This document shows, piece by piece, positions 51,108-60,381 of a stretch of DNA of 60,381 nt. Under the pieces are notes generated by a model that worked only from the letters and a program-made list of their open reading frames with translations, made no database searches and was not told the DNA's origin. Made by a program: the position numbers and the translations under genes. The DNA is from Octopus bimaculoides (lineage: Eukaryota), in assembly GCF_001194135.2 (NCBI RefSeq), contig NC_068994.1, positions 56,959,849 to 57,020,229 of the forward strand, in the 5' to 3' direction. Every line of letters starts with the position of its first letter. Position 1 is the first letter of the stretch.

Positions 51108-52148
51108 GTGGATGATGCTGAAGACGCCAACGACGATTACGGTGATGTTGATGATGTAGTTAGGATAGTCTGTTTATTGTGATAATGATAAAGACATCAG
51201 GTGATTGTTATTTGAATTTTGCTGATGATGATGGTGAAGATCGCGAGGACGATGACGAAGTTGATAAAAATGTTGCTAATGATGATGATGATGATGATGA
51301 TGATGTTGATGATGATGATGATGATGGCGTTAAACTGTTAACGTCTTAAGGTGCTTCTTAAACGCTCTTCATATATCATCAAATGGATTTAGCACTGCCA
51401 AAACATTCCAAGACACTTTTATAATTTGCATAATCTCTTACCACTGTGGTGGTGATGGTGGTCGTGGTGGACGTGGTCGTCGTGGTGGTCGTGTAGAGGT
51501 TTACGACGATGCTACTATTGAGGATATTGATAATGATGATAATGATGATGGAGAAAAGGAGGATGCTGAAGACGGCAACGACGATTATGGTGATGTTGGT
51601 GATGTAGTTAGGACTAAACTCTAAAATAGCGGTAGAAACTCTGAAGCAAATCTCAAAATATTTTGAAGGCCAGTGAGGCGATGGTGAGAGGCGATAGTTG
51701 TATATATTCAGAAGAATCACAATGTCGCACCGGTCTTGAGGATATGAAAGTGTCTGGTGCGGCAGAAGAGCATCACCGGAGCCTCCTGGAAAGAAGACAA
51801 GAGCAATGACAATGATGACAATAGATACGACATATGAATGTTTTTAGAAACAAATTCGATCCTACATTAGAAATGATGATTATGACGGCGACGACGACGA
51901 CGACGACGATGACGATGACGATGACAAAGTTGCTGCGGATGATTGTGATGATGGTGACATTAGTTGGATGAATATGATAATGTCAAATAATATCGATATA
52001 ATGTCACAGTGATGACGGCGACTGGGGTTCTGTGGTTGTGGATGTAGTGGTTGTGGTGCTGGTGCTGTTGGTGTTGTTGCAGTTGTTGTCATTATTGTTG
52101 TTGTTGTTGTTGTTGTTGTTGGTGTTGGTGGTGGTGGTGGTGGTGGTG
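50704..52148 (+). repeat. Cryptically simple (GAT/GGT/GAC/GTT)n domain, including a duplicated ~120-150 bp module
   Basis: Direct reading; module copies at 51019-51165 and 51491-51613. Confidence 0.85.
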
Positions 52149-52916
52149 NNNNNNNNNNNNNNNNNNNNNNNNNNNNNNNNNNNNNNNNNNNNNNNNNNNN
52201 NNNNNNNNNNNNNNNNNNNNNNNNNNNNNNNNNNNNNNNNNNNNNNNNNNNNNNNNNNNNNNNNNNNNNNNNNNNNNNNNNNNNNNNNNNNNNNNNNNNN
52301 NNNNNNNNNNNNNNNNNNNNNNNNNNNNNNNNNNNNNNNNNNNNNNNNNNNNNNNNNNNNNNNNNNNNNNNNNNNNNNNNNNNNNNNNNNNNNNNNNNNN
52401 NNNNNNNNNNNNNNNNNNNNNNNNNNNNNNNNNNNNNNNNNNNNNNNNNNNNNNNNNNNNNNNNNNNNNNNNNNNNNNNNNNNNNNNNNNNNNNNNNNNN
52501 NNNNNNNNNNNNNNNNNNNNNNNNNNNNNNNNNNNNNNNNNNNNNNNNNNNNNNNNNNNNNNNNNNNNNNNNNNNNNNNNNNNNNNNNNNNNNNNNNNNN
52601 NNNNNNNNNNNNNNNNNNNNNNNNNNNNNNNNNNNNNNNNNNNNNNNNNNNNNNNNNNNNNNNNNNNNNNNNNNNNNNNNNNNNNNNNNNNNNNNNNNNN
52701 NNNNNNNNNNNNNNNNNNNNNNNNNNNNNNNNNNNNNNNNNNNNNNNNNNNNNNNNNNNNNNNNNNNNNNNNNNNNNNNNNNNNNNNNNNNNNNNNNNNN
52801 NNNNNNNNNNNNNNNNNNNNNNNNNNNNNNNNNNNNNNNNNNNNNNNNNNNNNNNNNNNNNNNNNNNNNNNNNNNNNNNNNNNNNNNNNNNNNNNNNNNN
52901 NNNNNNNNNNNNNNNN

Positions 52917-52982
<66 letters not shown>

Positions 52983-53041
52983 TAATAATAATAATAAGAA
53001 GAAGAAGAAGAAGAAGAAGAAGAATAACAATAATAATAATA

Positions 53042-53096
<55 letters not shown>

Positions 53097-53114
53097 TAAT
53101 AAGAAGAAGAATAA

Positions 53115-53187
<73 letters not shown>

Positions 53188-53328
53188 CGTCGCCGTCATC
53201 TTTATAATCATCTTAATCAACATCATAATTACATCATCGTCGTTGACTCCATCGACATTAATCCAGCATCATTAAAATCGTGTCATCATCGTCGTCGTCG
53301 TCATCATCATTAATATCAGTGTCATCAC

Positions 53329-53363
<35 letters not shown>

Positions 53364-53900
53364 ATGTCCTCGTCATCGTCATCGTCATCGTCATCACCGT
53401 GAACATCGTCATCATGGTCAGTATCATCATCATCGCCGACGTCGTCATCATCGTCGTCGTCATCATCATCATCATCCTCATCATTATCCTCACTATCATC
53501 ATCGTCATCACCTTGAATATCAACGTCATCATTATCATCATCATCAATAGCATCGTTACCATTAACATCATCATTAACCTCATCAACAACAACAACATCA
53601 TCGCCATCATTATCTTCTACATCACTGATGTTGTAATCAATTTCATCTTCATCACCACTACCACCACCACCATCACCATCACCATCAACTTCAGGCTCCT
53701 AATCTTTACTATTAACAACAACAACAACAAGGACGATATTTCCCAAATTACGACCGAGCAGTCGAGTGACAAAAATGCGTGCACATTAAACAGCATCAGC
53801 AGAAACAACAACAACAACAACAACAGCGACATTAAATCGAAGAACAATCGCAGAAACAGCAAAGATGGAGGCTACAACAGCAACAGCTCTGCATCATTAA
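52917..53900 (+). repeat. (AAT)n/(AAG)n then (ATC/GTC/ACC/AAC)n domain, complementary in polarity to 50704-52148
   Basis: Direct reading. Confidence 0.85.
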
Positions 53901-54063
53901 CGCAACATCAACACTATCCATCAATAATGAGCAGACGACAGTGCCCTCTACACGATTGATCCACTTGCTAGAAACGTCAGCCAAATCACTCTCAGACCAC
54001 GTATTGCTATTTTGTTGAAAAGAACACCATAAACAAGGTGGACGTACACAGTCATTATTTAAC

Positions 54064-54379
54064 GAGTGGCTTAGTGGTTAGGGTATTCGGCTCGCGATCG
54101 TATGGTCACGATTTCGATTCCCAGCGGTGTAATGTGTCCTTCAGCAAGACACTTTATTTCACATTGCTCCAGTGAACTCAGCTTGCAAAAAGAAGTACCA
54201 CATGTATTTCATGGGGCCAGCCTTGTAACACTGTGTATCACGCTGAATCTCCCTCAGAAGTATGTAAAGGTGTTCGCGTGTTTGTGGGATTCTCAGCCAC
54301 TTGCAGGTTAATCTCATGGCCAAGCTGTTGCGCTGATCGGATCAACTCGAACCATCATCGTCGTAAGAGACGGAGTGCC
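54064..54379 (+). mobile_element. tRNA-derived SINE family C, near full length
   Basis: A box TGGCTTAGTGG (54067-54077), degenerate B box atttcgattcc, core gtgtccttcagcaagacactttatttcacattgctccagtgaactcagc, and a long tail ending gtcgtaagagacggagtgcc. Confidence 0.88.
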
Positions 54380-54549
54380 CTCTCCTTGTTTCTCTTCTTG
54401 TTTCTTTTTGTGTTTATTTCTGTGGAAGGGCGTAGGCTCGAAACGTTAAAGACTTTTACAATTCCTGAGCGTTATACTAATACATCTATTTCTTTTCTAC
54501 ACCACCTGTCTTCGTCTGTTGCTTTTTTGTGAATTCACCCTATATATAT
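54380..54549 (+). mobile_element. Probable Penelope-like terminal-repeat remnant with a minimal hammerhead-like motif, ending in (TA)n
   Basis: ttt-CTGTGGA-a-GGGC gtag GCTC-GAAA-CG-TT-aaa at 54417-54450, then ..ctgagcgttatactaatacatct..gtgaattcaccc(TA)n. PLE termini are known to carry minimal type-I hammerheads. Confidence 0.45.
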
Positions 54550-55239
54550 NNNNNNNNNNNNNNNNNNNNNNNNNNNNNNNNNNNNNNNNNNNNNNNNNNN
54601 NNNATAGATAGATAGATATATAAGGGCGCATGAGTGTATATGACATTCAATTGTATAAATGATATACAGCACAAACTCATTGAAAACAGTGATTGAGAAA
54701 TATCAGGGTGTAAAATTTTTATTTAATAATACATTTTTTGCCATTCTTCATCTCTGTAATATCAACTTCCAGTAAATCGTTGGTGCATTAAGACCTTCAG
54801 ATTAATCTATATTTGAAATTCGTATGCAAAACATAAAAACAAAACTCGTATGTAAAACATTTTTTTAAAAAAATTCGACATAAGCGGTCAATCCGCAGCC
54901 ATCTTTTTTTTTTTTTTTCTTTTCGCGTTTTCTCTTTTTAACATGATATTGCAAGGCTTACAAATTGTTGAGCAATGTAAATAGAAATGTTTGTATAGAT
55001 CGATGATATTTTATCTATAGTATATATTTTCATACGTGCACATAGTAACTATTGATTTCTTTGATCTCATACTGCAAAAATCTCTACTGTAATGTGCACA
55101 TGAGTATCTTTTCCATATGTGCTTCCATACCCGAGGACACAATACTCATCCTTCTCTTTATTTTTATCTGATAGTATTTTCATTTTTTTTTTTTTGTAGT
55201 CATTGTATATACATACCTTTTATATATCATTTTAAATTC

Positions 55240-55241
<2 letters not shown>

Positions 55242-55321
<80 letters not shown>
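55242..55321. repeat. (TTA)n microsatellite
   Basis: Direct reading. Confidence 0.95.
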
Positions 55322-56364
55322 GCTGTTATTATCTGTTTTCCATATTGTACTTTCAATATATTGTGTTTTTATCTTTATTCTACTCTTCGTACTGTTTCTG
55401 CAGATCTAATAACTTGTACATACGATTACACATCTACCCTGTTCGCAGCATCTAAGCTAAGACTGGCTTGGTCTTGTCAGTTATCCGATAAGTTCTGCTC
55501 TAGGTGAACAGCCATCAATAGGATACTTCCTCTCACAGGAACCATCTTTAATATAGTCTTGCTTTCTCCGGCTTCTCGTCCATCACAAAAGCTTCCGTTT
55601 CATGCATGCACAATCGGCTTTCGCATTTATACTTTAATCTAGGTACATTCCGTCGACGATGTACCGAAGTTTCCTTTCAAATACAAGCTTGCATTTTCTA
55701 CTTCCTTGCCACTTCTATCTATCTATCTATCCACAAATATATATATNNNNNNNNNNNNNNNNNNNNNNNNNNNNNNNNNNNNNNNNNNNNNNNNNNNNNN
55801 NNNNNNNNNNNNNNNNNNNNNNNNNNNNNNNNNNNNNNNNNNNNNNNNNNNNNNNNNNNNNNNNNNNNNNNNNNNNNNNNNNNNNNNNNNNNNNNNNNNN
55901 NNNNNNNNNNNNNNNNNNNNNNNNNNNNNNNNNNNNNNNNNNNNNNNNNNNNNNNNNNNNNNNNNNNNNNNNNNNNNNNNNNNNNNNNNNNNNNNNNNNN
56001 NNNNNNNNNNNNNNNNNNNNNNNNNNNNNNNNNNNNNNNNNNNNNNNNNNNNNNNNNNNNNNNNNNNNNNNNNNNNNNNNNNNNNNNNNNNNNNNNNNNN
56101 NNNNNNNNNNNNNNNNNNNNNNNNNNNNNNNNNNNNNNNNNNNNNNNNNNNNNNNNNNNNNNNNNNNNNTATATATATATATATATGCATTAAAGGAAAC
56201 AACCTTTTGTCTCAACCACCTTATAGTGTAGACTCGAAATTTTTCGCATCTTATCATGAAGACTAATAAGAATTATACACATATGAAGATGTAGTGAGAT
56301 ATAAATATATATACATATATTAATACATCTATTGGAAAAATTTCAAACTTACTCTCTATCTCTC

Positions 56365-56398
<34 letters not shown>

Positions 56399-56946
56399 CC
56401 TCTCTCTTTCTCTGTATATATGTGTACGTGTATGTGTATGTGTGTGTGTGTATGTGTGTGTGTGTGCGTGTGTATTTAATCCAACATTTTTTCTCAATGT
56501 CCAGAAATAGAGATGAATAACTTTAGTAGATATTTGATATTTGCATATATTTACGAATATATAGGCACGCATGAAACCATGCGTGTGTGGAGGGGGGAGG
56601 TGAGATTCTATGTATATACACACATACACGCATATATCATCATGTTTACAGAAATTCATGCACCACTCCATATGTGTGTGTGTGTGTGTTTTTCTGTGTC
56701 TGTTCTCGCCAGTAAATATACAAATGTTGACACACAGAGGGAAAAGGAAACCAGTAGCCGGAGGGTTGAGAGAAATATATAAGAAATGGAAATCCATTTC
56801 TTCATGAACAAAAGGTGCACAGGAAACTCTCAGCAGGAACGATTAGTTATAATCATTTTTTTTTTTACTTCATCTATTCTCTGCCGTACTACAAGTCAAA
56901 TAAATCTAAATATGTCACTATGGATAAAATTGGAAAGGACGGTGAG

Positions 56947-56999
<53 letters not shown>

Positions 57000-57239
57000 A
57001 AGGTTAATGAAAGAACGTGTGATTTTTGAAGGATATTGTGGATAGATCCTCAAAATTTGAGGTTCGAATTCACTCCTATATTCTATATAATCAAATCCAC
57101 CAAAGGTTCAAACAGCCGTTTACCAACATTTCAGTACAGCAGTCATGATTTCATGCGAATATTGTGTAACAGACACCATATTAGTTCATCTATTCATCTA
57201 TCTATGGATATATATACATATACCTCTCTCACTCACTCC

Positions 57240-57293
<54 letters not shown>

Positions 57294-57479
57294 NNNNNNN
57301 NNNNNNNNNNNNNNNNNNNNNNNNNNNNNNNNNNNNNNNNNNNNNNNNNNNNNNNNNNNNNNNNNNNNNNNNNNNNNNNNNNNNNNNNNNNNNNNNNNNN
57401 NNNNNNNNNNNNNNNNNNNNNNNNNNNNNNNNNNNNNNNNNNNNNNNNNNNNNNNNNNNNNNNNNNNNNNNNNNNNNNN

Positions 57480-57510
<31 letters not shown>

Positions 57511-58957
57511 GTAATATATACATATACGTATATACATACATATATATATATGTATATGTGTATATACACACATATATGTATATATGTATATATGTATACA
57601 CACACATATATACAAATACATACAAACACATATGCATTATATATATGCATACGCACGCACACATTTATACATTATCATAATCGTTGTGTGAACATCAGTT
57701 TCCAATTAAAACAGCTTCTCTGCTTATGGAACAAGGATATTGTATTTAATTCTGTTGTTTTTAAATGTCTTATTGTTAAGTTCGCAATATAATTGATCAA
57801 CCGTTAAGCGTTAACAGGACAGTTGACATTGCATATATAAATATTAAACATTAACACACTAATATCCAATACACAAAGATTCACCACTCTTATTTTCTGT
57901 CTGCCTCATAAAGAAAAAAAAAACAATTGCTAACATTTTCGGCATTCGTTATAATAAACACCGATTTGATAGAGAAATCACAGCTCATTCACTGATACCA
58001 TATGCTATTGACTAGATTTTTAATATTAGGAACTATTTGTCTAGTTCTGTGACCACTTTGTTCCGCGGCTGTTCTGGGTTTAAATAAAATGTCATTTGGC
58101 TTTTCCTTTCCATGCGTGCTAGTTTCAGAAAATAAGTACATTTATAATACTTTAAAATAAATAGGCTTCATTTACGACCCGTACAAAAGTCGATGCAATG
58201 TCTATTCAAATTTGAAGTGTTACTTTATTAATATTACTTTGTGAAAGAAATACATGGAGCAGATTGACATGCCCTCAACGAAGAGAAACTATTCGTTTGT
58301 GACGCAACGACCTAATATGTCGCTAAACAATTTAATTTACTTCATTTGATTCCTATCACATTATCGTGTTTGCTCACTCGGGTTGCTTTGTTAGAGTTGA
58401 TTGTGTTCATGCTCTCACCTGAAAACGGATTGCCTGTTTTTCAGCAAGAAATTGGTCACTGTTAATATGGCTATCCAATAAAAATGATGCATTAATCATA
58501 GCTGTCCATCGAATCGATATAATCACAGTCTTGTATCTCCACATTCTTTTATAGTGCCAAGTTGATATATTAACCAGCATTGTTATCATGTGTTTACACA
58601 TTCTGAGTTGACCAATATTAGATAACCAACTCTGCTTTGCTGATATTTTCAACAAAACTATTCACGTAACTCTATGTTTGGTTGATATTTACTTTCATGT
58701 AACTTCAATATGATATTTAATGCTTACTTTCTTGTTAATAATTTTAAAAATGGCCAACCCTTTTAAATTAATGACAGATACTTGATAAAATCTTCGTACT
58801 TCTTCATGACACTTTGTTGTTTTGTGCACAAAACCATCTTAATGTAAGAGGAGGTCACAAACTCACCTGCATTTTGTTTCAGACATTTGCGTGGCTTCAT
58901 GATTTAGTACATATCATTAATAATATCTATATTGTAGAGATCCTCCCATATATGTAT

Positions 58958-59137
58958 GTACGGCGGGCTTTGTTGCAGTTTCCACCTCCACCCCCACCCC
59001 CCGAATCACTCAGAAGACATTGAAAATACAGACCTACAGTAGAAGACACTTGCCCAAATTTGTTGCGCGATGGGAGAGAACACAAAATCACGTAGTTGCA
59101 AAGCGCACTTCATAACCACACAGCCATGCTTGCGCCT
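58958..59137 (-). mobile_element. SINE family B, 5' arm, degenerate
   Basis: tacggcgggctt..cagtttcc...cagtagaagacacttgcccaa...cacttcataaccacacagccatgcttgcgcct matches 35955-36148. Confidence 0.72.
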
Positions 59138-59505
59138 ATGTTCAATATTCAGACTGAATATTTGGTCAGTGTTGAATTCTCTTTCGAATTTGTTCCTACT
59201 CAGTTCTTCCATATAATTCCATGACATCGACATGTAAACGATAGAATTTTTTTTTTTTTTAATTTTTTTTTTTTAGTTTTAGTGATTACCATAAATTTTC
59301 TTCAGCAATTTTATTGTTTCGCCATGTTATTTCAATTTGTTATTTCGCTCAGTGGAGTGAAACTACGGAATTTGCGAAATGCGCATCAGAACGAAGTCGA
59401 TTTCAGCAGCAACCATTTTTATTTTCATATATTTTCGGATATCGTTCCGTGCCTATCGAAGATCAAACCACAATACTGAAACGAGAAATAGTTAGCAAAA
59501 CAATG

Positions 59506-59724
59506 ACTACTACTACTACTACTGCTACTGCTGCTGCTGCTGCGGCTGCTGCCACTACTACTACTGCTATTACTGCTACTACTACTACTGTTGCTGCTGC
59601 AACTACCACTACTATTACTACTACCACTTCTAATGCTGCTGCTATTACAGCCATTGCTACTGTTTCTGCTGCTGCTGCTGCTGCTACTACTACTACTGTT
59701 GCTGCTGCTGCTGCTGCTGCTACT
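59506..59724. repeat. Mixed (ACT)n/(GCT)n trinucleotide repeat
   Basis: Direct reading. Confidence 0.92.
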
Positions 59725-60327
59725 GTAATTACTTCATGTGCAGTTTATTGTTTGATACAAACCTCAATTTGTCGTTTTCTTCCGCTCCATCGTCTTGTAT
59801 TGACGACTTCAGCAAATCCGCGTAGAACCTGTCCTACGCTTAATCGATACGGTGTTGTTTCAGCAAACGGCTTCTGGACCGAATTTATCAATAGCCTTAC
59901 AGAAAAGAGACGAACCTTAATGCAAAACATCACCTGCAAACCGTGAAAAGATAATTACAAAAGCTGTGGCTAAGTCAGGAGGAACGCTTTCCCGCCTTCA
60001 ATTGTTAACAGAAACTATCTTATTTATAAAATCTCTGCTGTATAAAATGTATCTGTATTGATCTGAGATAAGTGAAAAATCCCCATCTCTGCCGACATTA
60101 ATGGAGTATTAGAGGCGGACTCAATTAAACAATATTGTACTATGTTTCAGAAATCGGTTAAGATCAGGCGACGAAATTGTAGCTTTCTTTAAATAGTTCT
60201 GGCAGACTATTTGCGAATATCTTCAGATCTCCCCGTCTTATATATACGTAGACATCTTTATAGAGAATGTCATCTCGCTATTCATCGAGCATGACTGACT
60301 GTAGAAGAAGCCGGTGTGAGGTCAAGC

Positions 60328-60330
<3 letters not shown>

Positions 60331-60381
<51 letters not shown>
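60331..60381. repeat. (CT)n microsatellite at the window end
   Basis: Direct reading. Confidence 0.95.

Noticed and set aside
50847-51182. Aspein/Asprich-like biomineralisation gene
   Set aside because: The Asp richness comes from (GAT)n. There is no signal peptide or splice evidence; kept only as a low-interest finding.
55440-55720. Possible RTE LINE C-terminal remnant on the minus strand (..FERKLRYI..WTRSRRKQ..)
   Set aside because: Only a few residues resemble the RLRWxGH..RGRP motifs, with several stops; not distinguishable from chance.

Overview
AT-rich, microsatellite-saturated eukaryotic (animal) DNA from a gapped draft assembly. It has 18 N-runs totalling about 7.3 kb (~12%). The SINE families, the extreme simple-repeat density and the LINE type are most consistent with an octopus/coleoid cephalopod genome; this is inferred from remembered repeat families, not from a database search. 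I could not identify any protein-coding gene with confidence, and almost all ORFs in the supplied track are microsatellite or N-run artefacts. The window looks intronic or intergenic. What it does contain: (i) about 25 copies or fragments of at least four tRNA-derived SINE-like families, labelled A-D here by in-window homology, two of them with a CORE-like segment; (ii) a 5'-truncated, decayed CR1/L2-group LINE ORF2 C-terminus with its 3' UTR at 23982-24600; (iii) a Tigger/pogo-like MITE, a putative TTAA/piggyBac-like MITE interrupted by a ~570 bp coding-like insert, and a small MITE-like inverted repeat; (iv) one or two Penelope-like terminal-repeat remnants with degenerate hammerhead-like motifs; (v) many tandem and direct duplications. 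The best-supported interesting signal is that the LINE 3' UTR and the family-B SINE tail share a GTGGTG..CATGGCC-hairpin-GAAAC architecture, which suggests a LINE/SINE partnership visible inside this one window. No CRISPR array, rRNA or true tRNA gene was seen.
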